Source: Syntrophorhabdaceae bacterium
GTDB taxonomy: Bacteria > Desulfobacterota > Syntrophorhabdia > Syntrophorhabdales > Syntrophorhabdaceae
Assembly (NCBI GenBank): GCA_963666485.2
Contig: CAXXUO010000002.1
Location: 1 to 64,000 of the forward strand
DNA length: 64,000 nucleotides
Direction of reading: 5' to 3'
Part shown: positions 20,744-31,175 of the stretch, piece by piece
Layout of the letters: the number at the start of each line of letters is the position of its first letter
Position numbering within the stretch: the stretch's first letter is position 1
Translations under genes and position numbers: made by a program
Notes under the pieces: model-generated
Databases searched by the model: none
Seen by the model: the letters and a program-made list of their open reading frames with translations, nothing else
Told to the model about the DNA's origin: nothing

Positions 20744-21784
20744 ATGAACATCCGCGAACGATTGGAAGAACGCGAAGAGAAGATACTCTCGCCGTATGCG
20801 CAAAAAAGCGTTTCCACGCGCGGCAGAATGCGGTTTGAGCCCGAATGCGACATCCGGCCGGCATTTCAGCATGACCGCGACCGGATCACGCACAGCAAGT
20901 CGTTCAGGCGGCTTAAATACAAAACCCAGGTGTTCCTCTCACCAGGGGACCATTACCGGACGCGCATGACGCATACGCTCGAGGTATCGCAGATTGCCCG
21001 GACGATCGGCAGGGCGCTGTCTCTGAATGAGGACCTTATAGAGGCCATCGCACTCGGGCATGACCTTGGTCATACGCCGTTCGGCCACTCAGGTGAGGAA
21101 GTGCTCGACAGGCTTTATCCCGGGGGCTTCCGGCATTACGAGCAGAGCCTGAGGGTCGTCGACCTCTTGGAGAAGGATGGGCAGGGACTCAACCTGACGC
21201 ACGAGGTCCGGGACGGTATCGTCAAGCATTCGAAGGGCAAAGGCGATATATTGATCAACGATGACAACGAAAGGCCCCTGACCAGGGAGGCCGAGGTCGT
21301 CCGGATAGCGGACATCATCGCATACATCAACCATGACATCGATGATGCGATCCGGGGAGAGGTGTTGCGCGAAGATGACATCCCGAAGCACCTGCGCGAC
21401 CGCCTCGGCCACACGGTATCAGACCGCATCGACACAATGGTGCGCGGGGTTATATCGAGCACCCTGGGCACGGCTGACATGCGGCTCGGATGCGGCAGGG
21501 AACTGGAATCATATATGATCGAGATGCGCAGCTTCCTGTACGCACACGTTTATGAAAGCCCCATCGTGCACAGTGATTTTATCAAGTGTTCGAAGATCAT
21601 AGAGGACCTGTACGATTACTTCCTCCGTGACCGGGACGCCTTTCTGAAAGAAACGGAACGTGACGACTTTTACGATGACCCGGCCACATGCGTGCGTGAT
21701 TTCATTGCCGGCATGACTGACCGGTACGCGTTCAGTCTTTTCGAAAAACTCTTCCTGCCGATGCCCTGGAGCATCCCGGTATAA
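20744..21784 (+). CDS. dgt: Deoxyguanosinetriphosphate triphosphohydrolase-like HD protein
   Basis: FRRLKYKTQVF, RTRMTHTLEV, GHDLGHTPFGHSGE, ADIIAYINHDIDD, AGMTD. Confidence 0.93.
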   Translation: MNIRERLEEREEKILSPYAQKSVSTRGRMRFEPECDIRPAFQHDRDRITHSKSFRRLKYKTQVFLSPGDHYRTRMTHTLEVSQIARTIGRALSLNEDLIEAIALGHDLGHTPFGHSGEEVLDRLYPGGFRHYEQSLRVVDLLEKDGQGLNLTHEVRDGIVKHSKGKGDILINDDNERPLTREAEVVRIADIIAYINHDIDDAIRGEVLREDDIPKHLRDRLGHTVSDRIDTMVRGVISSTLGTADMRLGCGRELESYMIEMRSFLYAHVYESPIVHSDFIKCSKIIEDLYDYFLRDRDAFLKETERDDFYDDPATCVRDFIAGMTDRYAFSLFEKLFLPMPWSIPV

Positions 21785-21853
21785 AGGAAGGCACACTATA
21801 CATCAATATGGCCATCAAGTACGATTGATCGGCTCATTGCAAGGGAGCACACA

Positions 21854-24487
21854 ATGATGGACAAGGTTTACGATCCCCACAGCATCGAGAAAAAGTGGTA
21901 TGCATACTGGCTTGAAAGGGGATATTTTACCGCCAAGAACGATACGGCGAACGGATATTTTTCCATGGTCATCCCTCCCCCGAACGTTACGGGGTCTCTC
22001 CATATGGGCCATGCCCTGAACAATACCCTGCAGGATATCGTTACCCGCTATTACCGGATGCAGGGAGTCAATTCGCTGTGGCTTCCCGGGACCGACCATG
22101 CCGGCATCGCCACCCAGAACGTCGTCGAGCGCGAGCTTGCAAAGGAAGGTACCGACCGCGAGGCGCTCGGCAGAGAAAAATTCATCGAGCGCGTCTGGCA
22201 ATGGAAAAAACAGTCGGGAGGCACGATCATCGAGCAGCTCAAACGGCTCGGCGCATCCTGCGACTGGTCGCGCGAGCGCTTCACGATGGACGAGGGGTTG
22301 ACACGCGCCGTCCGCGAGGTCTTTGTGCGGCTCTATAAAGAAGGGCTCGTTTACCGGGACAATTACATAATAAACTGGTGCCCGCGATGCAAAACGGCGC
22401 TGTCCGATCTCGAAGCAGAGCACGAGGAACACCAGGGGCATCTCTACTACATACACTACCCGCTCGCATCGGGAGAAGGTTACCTCACCGTCGCAACGAC
22501 GCGCCCGGAAACAATGCTCGGCGACACGGCGGTCGCCGTGAACCCGGAAGACCCGCGATACGGCAAGTACGTCGGCCAGAACGTGATCCTTCCCATCGTC
22601 AACAAGGAGATACCCGTCATCGGGGATTCATATGTCGACATTGAATTCGGGACCGGGGCACTGAAAGTGACGCCGGCGCACGACCTCAACGACTTCGAGA
22701 TCATGAAAAGGCACAACCTGGAACTGGTCGTGGTCATAGATGAAGACGGCAACATGAACGAGAACGCGCTCCACTACAAGGGAACGGACCGGTTCGAGTG
22801 CCGCAGGCAGATCGTCGAAGAATTGCAGGAAAAGGGGTACCTCGAAAAGATAGAGCCGTACCCGATGGGCGTCGGCAAGTGCTACCGCTGCAAGACGGTG
22901 GTCGAGCCTTATCTTTCACAACAGTGGTTCCTCAGGATGAAACCTCTCGCCGAGCCGGCGATCGAGGCGGTCCGCGAGCACAGGGTACGTATCATCCCCG
23001 AGATGTGGGAGAAGGTCTACTTCGAATGGATGGAGAATATCAGGGACTGGTGCATCTCGCGCCAGATCTGGTGGGGGCATCGCATCCCTGTCTGGTACTG
23101 CGTCGAGTGCAATGAAATGATCGTCTCTGTCGACGACCCTACCGGGTGCCCGAAATGCAAAGGCGCACTGCGCCAGGAATCGGATGTCCTCGACACGTGG
23201 TTCTCGTCCGGCCTGTGGCCCTTCTCGACACTCGGCTGGCCCGACGACACGCAGGACCTCAAGGCATTCTACCCCACATCCCTTCTCATAACAGGGTTCG
23301 ATATCCTCTTTTTCTGGGTCGCCCGGATGATCATGATGGGGCTCAAGTTCATGGGGGATGTCCCCTTCAAAGACGTCTATATCCACGCCCTTGTCCGCGA
23401 TGCCGAGGGCAAGAAGATGAGCAAATCCAAAGGGAACGTCATCGATCCCCTTATCATCATCGATGAATACGGGACTGACGCCTTCCGCTTCACCTTGACA
23501 ATGCTTGCCGCGCAGGGCCGCGACGTCCTCTTGTCGGAAGAGCGCATCGAAGGCTGCCGCAACTTCATCAATAAGATCTGGAACGCTTCGAAATTGTCGC
23601 TGTTATTTATCGGTGACGAGAAGCCTGCCCATTCGGGGAAAGGATCGGAGTTTCTGCCCGACAGGTGGATACGCTCGCGCGCTCAGCGTGTCATGAAAGA
23701 GGTCCACGAAAGCATTACATCCTACCGTTTCAACGAGGCTGCAAATTCACTGTACAGCTTTATCTGGCACGAATACTGCGACTGGTACCTGGAACTTGTC
23801 AAACCGAACCTGTACGGGAAAGTGGACAGGTTCGACACGGCAGTGACAAAAGGAGTTATCTGCAGCACACTGCAGGACATCCTCAAGCTCCTTCACCCGA
23901 TCACTCCCTTTGTGACGGAAGAGATATACCAGAGGCTTCCCGGCAACGACGGCTCGAGCATCATGATCTCCTCGTTCCCGGCGGCGGACGAGGCCGAGAT
24001 CGATGCCGAGAGCGAGAAGAAGATGGAGACCATCATGGGCATTGTCGACGTGATCCGCAACATACGCGGTGAGACGGGCATTGCGCCGAACGTCCGCATC
24101 GAGGCCCTTATCCGGGCAAACAGCGATACCGGCTTTCTCAGCGAATATGAATACTACATCAGGGAACTCGGAAAGGTCGAGCATCTTTCCTTTATCGACG
24201 GCGCGTCACCGGAGAATTGCGCCGTTGGCGTTTACAAGAACATCGAGGTCTTCGTTCCGCTCAAGGACCTTATAGACGTGGCGAAAGAGCTCGGCCGGAT
24301 CCAGAAAGAGCTTGCAAAGATAGAAGAGGACAGCGAAAAGATCAGGAAGAAACTGGGCAACGAGGCATTCAGGCAGAAGGCGCCGCCCGAGGTCATCGAG
24401 AAGAACGAGGCCCAGTATGCAGAACTTGCCGCCAAGAAAGACAAATTAATGGTCAGCAAGGGGGTCCTTGAAAACCTTTCGAGGTAA
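21854..24487 (+). CDS. valS: Valine--tRNA ligase
   Basis: PPPNVTGSLHMGH, DWCISRQIWWGHRIP, KMSKS, C-terminal coiled coil. Confidence 0.98.
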   Translation: MMDKVYDPHSIEKKWYAYWLERGYFTAKNDTANGYFSMVIPPPNVTGSLHMGHALNNTLQDIVTRYYRMQGVNSLWLPGTDHAGIATQNVVERELAKEGTDREALGREKFIERVWQWKKQSGGTIIEQLKRLGASCDWSRERFTMDEGLTRAVREVFVRLYKEGLVYRDNYIINWCPRCKTALSDLEAEHEEHQGHLYYIHYPLASGEGYLTVATTRPETMLGDTAVAVNPEDPRYGKYVGQNVILPIVNKEIPVIGDSYVDIEFGTGALKVTPAHDLNDFEIMKRHNLELVVVIDEDGNMNENALHYKGTDRFECRRQIVEELQEKGYLEKIEPYPMGVGKCYRCKTVVEPYLSQQWFLRMKPLAEPAIEAVREHRVRIIPEMWEKVYFEWMENIRDWCISRQIWWGHRIPVWYCVECNEMIVSVDDPTGCPKCKGALRQESDVLDTWFSSGLWPFSTLGWPDDTQDLKAFYPTSLLITGFDILFFWVARMIMMGLKFMGDVPFKDVYIHALVRDAEGKKMSKSKGNVIDPLIIIDEYGTDAFRFTLTMLAAQGRDVLLSEERIEGCRNFINKIWNASKLSLLFIGDEKPAHSGKGSEFLPDRWIRSRAQRVMKEVHESITSYRFNEAANSLYSFIWHEYCDWYLELVKPNLYGKVDRFDTAVTKGVICSTLQDILKLLHPITPFVTEEIYQRLPGNDGSSIMISSFPAADEAEIDAESEKKMETIMGIVDVIRNIRGETGIAPNVRIEALIRANSDTGFLSEYEYYIRELGKVEHLSFIDGASPENCAVGVYKNIEVFVPLKDLIDVAKELGRIQKELAKIEEDSEKIRKKLGNEAFRQKAPPEVIEKNEAQYAELAAKKDKLMVSKGVLENLSR

Positions 24488-24490
24488 TCG

Positions 24491-25762
24491 ATGCCGTTAA
24501 ATTTTTCCCTGATCGAATCTTTCATTGCGTCGCATCAGGAAGACATGAAAAACAAGGCGCTGCTGCGCCAGGAACGCTACCGGCTCCTGTCCGAGCTCGG
24601 CAACGCGCTGCAGACGGTCCTGAAAGACTACGAGGTCTTTGAAACCGAGCTGCACGGCCTCGTGATCGACATCGTCAACAACACGACATCTTTTGAAACC
24701 CTCAACGAGTGCCATCAGCGCGCAGTTGCCGGCGTCGAGAATTTCTTCCTCGAAGAGGACACGATCGTTGACGTCCACGACCTGTTCCGCATTATACGCG
24801 ACAGGATCGAGGTGCGGGTGCTGGAGCTCGTCGAAAAAGAAATGGTCGAAGAAGGCCTGGGAAGGCCTCCTGTCGATTACGTCTGGGCGGGCCTCGGCAG
24901 TGAAGGCCGCGATGAGCAGACACTGGTCACAGACCAGGACAATATGCTGATCTACGAAGACCAGGATGATTCCGTCGCTTCCGACGAACTGAAACAACTG
25001 CACAAGAAGCACCGTCCGCCGGGAACACTTGTTGACGCCTATTTCGAAATGTTCGCGCACAAGGCTTCCGAGAGGCTCAACGACGTCGGGTTCGACAAAT
25101 GCAAGGGCGGGGTCATGCCGGTCAATGAACGCTGGCGCGGGTCGAAGACCGATTGGAGAAAGAGGGTCGACGATCGTTTCATGCGCGGTACCGGCCTTTT
25201 GGAGCCTCTCGACATTATAATCCTGACCGATGCCCGTGCCGTAAAGGGCAGCGGGAAACTGCTCGACGAATTCCTGGGCTATTTCTTTCCGGCCCTGACA
25301 AACAACAAAAGCTTCATGAAAGAGTTCATTCAGTCTGCCGTCCTTATGCCCAGCGCGCTGACATTTTTCGGCGGGTTCAAGGTTGAAAAGGATGGTGAGA
25401 ACAAGGACAGATTCAACATCAAGCTCCTTGGCTGGTCCCCGCTCATCCTGTCCGTCAGGATGTTGGCCCTCGCCAGCGGGATATATGAAAAGAACACCCT
25501 GAAACGCATCACGCTGCTCAGGGAACGCAACATTATCAAGAAAGAGATGGAAAACGCCCTTACGGATGCCTACTTTACATTCGTCCGGTACAGGATCATA
25601 AACCAGATGAATTCCAGGGACGAGGGCGGAAAGAGTTCGAATTTTCTGCGGCCCGACATGCTCGGCACAGACGAACAGGACCGTTTGAGGCGAGCTATGA
25701 AATCCGTGGAATCCCTGCAGAAATTCATTCAGGAAACACTGCTCTTCGGACAGAATATTTAA
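24491..25762 (+). CDS. DUF294 nucleotidyltransferase-like protein with substrate-binding C-terminal domain
   Basis: LGSEGRDEQTLVTDQDN (GlnD-like NTase motif), CKGGVM, FNIKLLG...VRMLAL, NTLKRI. Confidence 0.85.
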   Translation: MPLNFSLIESFIASHQEDMKNKALLRQERYRLLSELGNALQTVLKDYEVFETELHGLVIDIVNNTTSFETLNECHQRAVAGVENFFLEEDTIVDVHDLFRIIRDRIEVRVLELVEKEMVEEGLGRPPVDYVWAGLGSEGRDEQTLVTDQDNMLIYEDQDDSVASDELKQLHKKHRPPGTLVDAYFEMFAHKASERLNDVGFDKCKGGVMPVNERWRGSKTDWRKRVDDRFMRGTGLLEPLDIIILTDARAVKGSGKLLDEFLGYFFPALTNNKSFMKEFIQSAVLMPSALTFFGGFKVEKDGENKDRFNIKLLGWSPLILSVRMLALASGIYEKNTLKRITLLRERNIIKKEMENALTDAYFTFVRYRIINQMNSRDEGGKSSNFLRPDMLGTDEQDRLRRAMKSVESLQKFIQETLLFGQNI

Positions 25763-25772
25763 GGGGGAAACG

Positions 25773-26144
25773 ATGAAAGTTGTGGAGCTCATGAACAAGA
25801 ACGTGATAACCTGCCACCCATCCGAAAAACTGAATATTATATTGAATAAGCTTGAACTATTTAAAATAGCAGGCATGCCCGTTGTGGACAAAGGCAAGCT
25901 TGTCGGAATAATTTCCCAGAGCGACATACTCAAAGGCATCAAGTCCGGCTCCATAAACGAGCTGTCTGTGGCAGAGGTCATGACCGCGACCGTCATCACG
26001 GTACCGCCCACCGAGTCGGCGATACTCGTCGCCAAGCTGATGATAGAGAAACACATAAACAGAATACCGATAGTGGACAATGATAAAGTGGTGGGGATCG
26101 TAACGCGCGGTGATATAATAAAAGCGGTAGCGGAGTGCGGGTAA
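25773..26144 (+). CDS. Stand-alone CBS-pair protein
   Basis: MPVVD.GKLVGIISQSD and IPIVD..KVVGIVTRGD. Confidence 0.9.
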   Translation: MKVVELMNKNVITCHPSEKLNIILNKLELFKIAGMPVVDKGKLVGIISQSDILKGIKSGSINELSVAEVMTATVITVPPTESAILVAKLMIEKHINRIPIVDNDKVVGIVTRGDIIKAVAECG

Positions 26145-26150
26145 AAAAGA

Positions 26151-26291
26151 CCGTGAGGCGTGAGGCGCATTCCATTCGTCATTCCGGCGAAGGCCGGAAT
26201 CCAGTGTCTTTGGTTTTGCAATAGGCATTGGCTTGACGCGGAATGACCCACAATATAAAAAACCTGGATTCCGGCCTTCGCCGGAATGACG
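26151..26291. repeat. Inverted pair of REP-like palindromes (26177-26211, 26264-26291) after a short CGTGAGG array
   Basis: cgtcattccggcgaaggccggaatccag and its reverse complement. Confidence 0.9.
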
Positions 26292-26317
26292 GTTACTGCG
26301 TAAAGCGAAGGTGAAAA

Positions 26318-26611
26318 ATGAAGATCACGAGAGACACAGTCGAATACGTGGCGCGGCTGGCGAGGCTTCAACTTGACGCGAACGAGGTTGATGCGTATAC
26401 GGGGCAGATCGACAAGATATTGGAATACATGGAATCGCTGAACAGCCTGAACACGGATAATGTGGAGCCGACAAGCCACCCGGTGCCTGTCGCCTGCGTC
26501 ATGAGGGACGATGCGGTACGGCCTTCGTTCGCAGCAGAAGAATCGGTCGCAAACGCGCCGGCGCGGATCGACACGTTCTTTAAGGTTCCGCCGATAATTG
26601 AGCAAGAATAG
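26318..26611 (+). CDS. gatC: Asp/Glu-tRNA amidotransferase subunit C
   Basis: VARLARL, VEPTSHP, MRDD, FFKVP. Confidence 0.95.
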   Translation: MKITRDTVEYVARLARLQLDANEVDAYTGQIDKILEYMESLNSLNTDNVEPTSHPVPVACVMRDDAVRPSFAAEESVANAPARIDTFFKVPPIIEQE

Positions 26612-26615
26612 AAGC

Positions 26616-26688
26616 GGTTCAAGGTTCAAGGTTCAAGGTTCAAGGTTAAAAACATACAACCTGGAACTTGGAACCTGGAACTTGGAAC
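26616..26688. repeat. Inverted heptamer-array element between gatC and gatA
   Basis: ggttcaa x4 left; ctggaac/ttggaac x4 right; about 10-nt core. Confidence 0.85.
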
Positions 26689-26707
26689 AATTACCAGAGG
26701 AGATTGC

Positions 26708-28171
26708 GTGGACGATCTATTACATCTGACAATAAAACAACTACGGGAGATGCTCAAGAAAAAGGAGATCTCATCCGTAGAACTCACCGGGTATTACCTG
26801 GGGCGTATGGGCCGTATCGATGATGAAATAAAGGCTTATGTGCGGCCGACTGAAGAGATTGCGCTTACAATGGCGAAAGAGGCGGACGAGAAGATCGCGC
26901 GCGGGGAAGATGCGCCTCTTCTCGGTATTCCGCTCGGGATAAAGGACATCCTCTGCACGAAAGGCATCGAGACAACGTGCGCATCGAACATATTGAAAGG
27001 TTTCATTCCTCCCTATGATGCAACGGTCATCAGGAGGCTTAAGGATGCGGGGTATGTCCACCTGGGAAAACTCAACATGGACGAATTCGCGATGGGCTCT
27101 TCCACGGAGAATTCCGCATATCAAACGACGAGAAATCCCTGGGACACGACATGCATCCCGGGCGGTTCGAGCGGCGGTTCGGCGGCTGCGGTCGCATCCG
27201 GGCTCTGCACTGCTTCGCTGGGTACGGACACGGGCGGCTCGATACGCCAGCCGGCCGGGCTGTGCGGTGTGATCGGGATGAAACCGACGTACGGCAGGGT
27301 GTCGCGGTACGGCCTGATCGCGTTTGCGTCTTCCCTTGACCAGATAGGCCCGTTCTCGCGCACCGTAAGCGATTGCGCCACCATGCTCAATGTCATCGCG
27401 GGACATGACCCCATGGACTCGACGTCCATCCCCGAAACCGTTCCCGACTACCATTCATTCCTGGGCAGGGACTTGAAGGGGGTCAGGATCGGCATACCCG
27501 CCGAGTACTCCATCGAAGGCATCGAAGATGATGTTAAAAAGAATTACGAAGAAAACCTCGGGGTGCTCAAAGACCGGGGAGCGACGCTTGTCGACATCTC
27601 CCTGCCCCACACGCAGCACGCGGTCGCCACGTATTATATCATCTGTACGGCTGAGGCGTCGTCCAACCTCGCGCGGTATGACGGCGTGAAGTACGGCCTG
27701 CGCGAAGACGGCAAAGACATCATCGACATGTACAAGAACACCCGGAGCAAAGGTTTCGGACAGGAGGTCAAGCGCAGGATAATCCTCGGGACATACGTCC
27801 TTTCTTCCGGCTACTACGATGCATATTACCGGAAAGCCGGCAAGGTGCGTACCCTCATCAGGCAGGATTTTGATGCGGCATTTGCATCGTGCGACCTCAT
27901 TGTCACCCCTGTCTCCCCCACAACGGCATTCAAGATCGGCGAACGCATGGAAGACCCGCTCACGATGTACCTGTCGGACATCTTCACCATACCGGTCAAC
28001 CTTGCAGGCCTGCCCGCCGTCTCGATCCCCGGCGGCTTCGACCGGCAGGGCCTTCCGATAGGCCTGCACATAATCGGAAAAGCACTCGATGAAGGCCCGA
28101 TCCTTCAGGCAGCGCACGCCTTCGAATCGGCAAAGAAGGTAAGGACGGTGCCGGAACGACTGGAAAAATAG
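26708..28171 (+). CDS. gatA: Asp/Glu-tRNA amidotransferase subunit A
   Basis: [41 protein letters not shown]. Confidence 0.97.
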   Translation: MDDLLHLTIKQLREMLKKKEISSVELTGYYLGRMGRIDDEIKAYVRPTEEIALTMAKEADEKIARGEDAPLLGIPLGIKDILCTKGIETTCASNILKGFIPPYDATVIRRLKDAGYVHLGKLNMDEFAMGSSTENSAYQTTRNPWDTTCIPGGSSGGSAAAVASGLCTASLGTDTGGSIRQPAGLCGVIGMKPTYGRVSRYGLIAFASSLDQIGPFSRTVSDCATMLNVIAGHDPMDSTSIPETVPDYHSFLGRDLKGVRIGIPAEYSIEGIEDDVKKNYEENLGVLKDRGATLVDISLPHTQHAVATYYIICTAEASSNLARYDGVKYGLREDGKDIIDMYKNTRSKGFGQEVKRRIILGTYVLSSGYYDAYYRKAGKVRTLIRQDFDAAFASCDLIVTPVSPTTAFKIGERMEDPLTMYLSDIFTIPVNLAGLPAVSIPGGFDRQGLPIGLHIIGKALDEGPILQAAHAFESAKKVRTVPERLEK

Positions 28172-28255
28172 TTCAAGGTTCTCTGTTCCAGGTTAGCAGA
28201 TTTTCTTTGACGTCTTAGATGACAACCTTGAACCTTGAACTTTGAACTTTGAACC
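28171..28255. repeat. Inverted heptamer-array element, GTTCAAG type (left arm decayed)
   Basis: Left arm starts on the G of the gatA TAG; right arm cttgaac x2, tttgaac x2. Confidence 0.78.
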
Positions 28256-28265
28256 CGTATTTATT

Positions 28266-28892
28266 ATGAATATCGTACGCGCTAAAGGCTTGATGATCGC
28301 ATTGAAGAACATGGGCGTCGAACACTATATCGGCACACAGGAGAACAGGCCTACTCTCGACGGGCTGAAGGCCGTGACGATGGCCTGCATCCGGTGCGAT
28401 CTCGCCCAAACACGTAAGACCGTCGTTTTTGGCGAGGGCAACCCGAAGGCCGATATAGTATTCGTCGGGGAAGCACCGGGAGAGGAAGAGGACAACCAGG
28501 GCCGCCCCTTCGTCGGCAGGGCCGGTAAACTCCTCGATCAGCTCATCGACCGGATAGGGATCAGGAGGAATGACGTCTTTATCTGCAATGTCCTCAAGTG
28601 CCGCCCGCCCGGCAACCGCGATCCCGAGCCGCTCGAAATAGCCTGCTGCAAGGAGTACCTCCTTGAGCAGCTCGACATCATTCGCCCCAAGGTGATCTGC
28701 ACCCTCGGACGGCACGCGTACAACACGCTTCTCGAAGTGGATGCCCCCATCACCCGGATACGGGGAAAGATGACGACATTCCGGGGAACGCCGCTCCTCC
28801 CGACGTACCACCCGTCATATCTTTTGCGCAGCCAGGGAAAAATGAAAGAGGCGTGGGAAGATATGGAATCCTTAAAAACCTTCATTAAATAA
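28266..28892 (+). CDS. udg: Uracil-DNA glycosylase, family 4 (Fe-S)
   Basis: CIRC, VGEAPG, RPFVGRAG, KCRPP, TYHPSY; start uncertain. Confidence 0.92.
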   Translation: MNIVRAKGLMIALKNMGVEHYIGTQENRPTLDGLKAVTMACIRCDLAQTRKTVVFGEGNPKADIVFVGEAPGEEEDNQGRPFVGRAGKLLDQLIDRIGIRRNDVFICNVLKCRPPGNRDPEPLEIACCKEYLLEQLDIIRPKVICTLGRHAYNTLLEVDAPITRIRGKMTTFRGTPLLPTYHPSYLLRSQGKMKEAWEDMESLKTFIK

Positions 28893-28895
28893 AAA

Positions 28896-28970
28896 GGTTC
28901 AAGGTTCAAAGTTCAAGGCTAAAAAATACGCCCCTTTTCATTGAACCTTGAACTTTGAACCTTGAACCTT
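28896..28970. repeat. Inverted heptamer-array element between convergent genes
   Basis: gttcaag/gttcaaa x3 left; ttgaac x4 right. Confidence 0.88.
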
Positions 28971-28973
28971 CTT

Positions 28974-30023
28974 TCAGGTCTCTACGTACCTGACCCGTCT
29001 CAATTTCACGATCACGTGCACGGTGCTGCCTTTCGTGAGTTTCATTTCATCGAATGTCTCGCGGGATAGCTCGGCGAGCAATTCTTTTCCGTCGATCTGG
29101 ACAATAACCCTGACGATGGCCCGGACAGGGATGATCTCCTTGATCGTCCCTGTATAACGGTTGAGCGCGGGCCCTGGCGGTTTGCTGTCCGAAATATAGA
29201 TGTCGTGGGGCGATATCGCGAGCTTGCTCATCGTTGCCCCTTCGTACGGCAAAACGATCCGCATGCTCCCTGACTTGACCTCGACAAGGCCCGTTGACAG
29301 GACCGTGCACTCGTCGCAGTTAAGAATGTTGGGCATCCCTATGAATTCAGACACGACATGCGTGCGCGGGTGGAACAGTATGTCCCCCGGGGCCGCTGCC
29401 TGCTCGATATTGCCCTGGTACATGATGGCGATGCGGTCCGCCATCTCCTCTGCCCCGAGCAGGTCGTGAATGACAAAGATGGTCGTTACCTCGAGGCGCC
29501 TCAAGAAAATCGCCAGTTCCGACCGGAAATACTTCGCCGCCTGCGCATCGAGATTTGCGGTAGGCTCGTCAAGGAGCAGGATCTTCTGAAAGGGGGCGAT
29601 GGCACGTGCTATAGCGACACGCTGTTTTTCGCCGCCGCTTAGATTATAGGGAAACCGGTCTTTCAGTTTTTCTATATGCAGCGCTTCAAGAAGCTCGTTC
29701 ACCCGCCTTTCGACGACGTGAGGCTCGTATTTGTGGATCTTGAGCCCGTACGAGATATTTCCGGCGACAGTCATGTGGGGAAATAATGCAAGGTCCTGGA
29801 ACAGGTACCCCACCCCGCGCTTGTGGGCGGGGACACCATTCATGCTCAGGCCGTCAAAGAGAACGTCGCCCTGGTATTCCGTCAATCCGGCCATGACGTT
29901 CAGCAGTGTTGTCTTTCCCGAGCCGTTCGGCCCGACAAGGGCGACGATCTCCCCGTCATCGACCGAAAGCGACAGGTCTTTCACGGCCTTGCAGCTGATA
30001 TTCCTCAGTTCGATCTTCGGCAC
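28974..30023 (-). CDS. Molybdate/tungstate-type ABC transporter ATP-binding protein with TOBE domains
   Basis: GPNGSGKT, LFQDLALFPHMTV, LSGGEKQRV, TOBE-like C-terminus. Confidence 0.85.
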   Translation of the reverse strand: MPKIELRNISCKAVKDLSLSVDDGEIVALVGPNGSGKTTLLNVMAGLTEYQGDVLFDGLSMNGVPAHKRGVGYLFQDLALFPHMTVAGNISYGLKIHKYEPHVVERRVNELLEALHIEKLKDRFPYNLSGGEKQRVAIARAIAPFQKILLLDEPTANLDAQAAKYFRSELAIFLRRLEVTTIFVIHDLLGAEEMADRIAIMYQGNIEQAAAPGDILFHPRTHVVSEFIGMPNILNCDECTVLSTGLVEVKSGSMRIVLPYEGATMSKLAISPHDIYISDSKPPGPALNRYTGTIKEIIPVRAIVRVIVQIDGKELLAELSRETFDEMKLTKGSTVHVIVKLRRVRYVET

Positions 30024-30045
30024 GCGTTATTCCCTGAAAGAGATC

Positions 30046-30822
30046 TCATACCGGAAGGGCCTTCCCGGTCAAAAGCCTCACCCCGTAAAGGATCCCCAGC
30101 CCGATACATATCAGTATGAGGACGAGCACCACCGTCCCCTCGATATCGGCGCTTGCGAGACGCATGAATATGGCGATGGGTATCGTCTCGGTTTTCATCG
30201 CCATGGAACCGGCAATGGTTATTGTCGCGCCGAACTCGCCGAGGGCCTTTGCCCACGTCAGGATAGACGATGCAATGATCCCTCTTCGACAGAGCGGGAG
30301 CGTCACGGTGAGGAAAGCCCGTGCAGGCGACGCACCAAGCGTCCTCGCAACCTCTTCATACCTCGCGGGTATCTCGTCCATGGCAGCCTTGATAAGCCGC
30401 GTCGCTATGCCGACCGTCGTAATGAACTGCGCGAGCAAGATACCTCCCACGGTAAAAACGAACTGCACCCCGTGGTCCTGGATGAACGCCCCCGGAGGGG
30501 TATTGAAGAAGATAAGAACAATGGCCCCGAGTGCAACGGGTGACACTATCATCGGCAGTTCCAGCATGGTATCGATCAGCTGCCTGCCGAAAAAACGGTA
30601 CCGCGACAGCGCATACGCCGCAGGAACGGCAACGATAACAGCAATAACAGTCGAGGTCGTAGCCGTGAAAAGGCTGAGTTTTATTGAAAAAAGCGTGCGC
30701 GACGAACGCAGCGTATTCAGAAAGACCGCGGTATCATAGAAATAAAAGAGCGACAGGATAAGGGCTGCATAGAGGGCGAACAAGGCAAAGCTTACGGAGA
30801 TGGAAACCTTTTTGAATGTCAT
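30046..30822 (-). CDS. Molybdate/tungstate ABC transporter permease (ModB/WtpB-like)
   Basis: ELPMIVSP, YEEVARTLGAS, WAKALGEFGAT. Confidence 0.88.
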   Translation of the reverse strand: MTFKKVSISVSFALFALYAALILSLFYFYDTAVFLNTLRSSRTLFSIKLSLFTATTSTVIAVIVAVPAAYALSRYRFFGRQLIDTMLELPMIVSPVALGAIVLIFFNTPPGAFIQDHGVQFVFTVGGILLAQFITTVGIATRLIKAAMDEIPARYEEVARTLGASPARAFLTVTLPLCRRGIIASSILTWAKALGEFGATITIAGSMAMKTETIPIAIFMRLASADIEGTVVLVLILICIGLGILYGVRLLTGKALPV

Positions 30823-30855
30823 AGTTTCATTGCCCGATGTCGTTCAGGCCCGTGA

Positions 30856-30879
30856 CGTTATATACGCTACAAGATAACG
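30856..30879. promoter_or_regulatory. ModE-type operator
   Basis: CGTTATATA-N6-AAGATAACG matches CGnTATATA-N6-TATATAnCG with 2 mismatches; 34 nt upstream of the permease. Confidence 0.7.
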
Positions 30880-30910
30880 CAATATGTTGAAAAATGCAAA
30901 GCAAAAAAAC

Positions 30911-31165
30911 GGTTCAAGGTTCAAGGTTCAAGGTTCAACGAAAAGGCGAAAAGACGGTTCAAGGTTCAACGAAAAGGCAAAGAATACAAGAAAGTAGACG
31001 GAGTTCAGTGTCCGACGGAAAAGAAAAACAAAATCCTGGATCCCGGTGTCAAGCACCGGGATGACGAAAAATGTCTGCTTCTTAGCGTGGAACGTGGAAC
31101 GGTGGAACGTGGAACCGTCTTTTTTTAGTTTTTATCTTTTAGCGTTGAACCTTGAACCTTGAACC
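30911..31165. repeat. Composite: GGTTCAA arms / REP (31036-31066) / inner GTGGAAC array
   Basis: Direct reading; includes a local duplication of ggttcaaggttcaacgaaaaggc. Confidence 0.9.
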
Positions 31166-31175
31166 GTCTTTTAGC

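Noticed and set aside
24497..26629. 710-aa minus-strand ORF
   Set aside because: Shadow of DUF294/CBS/gatC; it reads through REP and heptamer repeats and starts in a repeat.
28171..28266. gatB absent after gatA
   Set aside because: gatB is often unlinked; no remnant visible; cannot be judged from this window.
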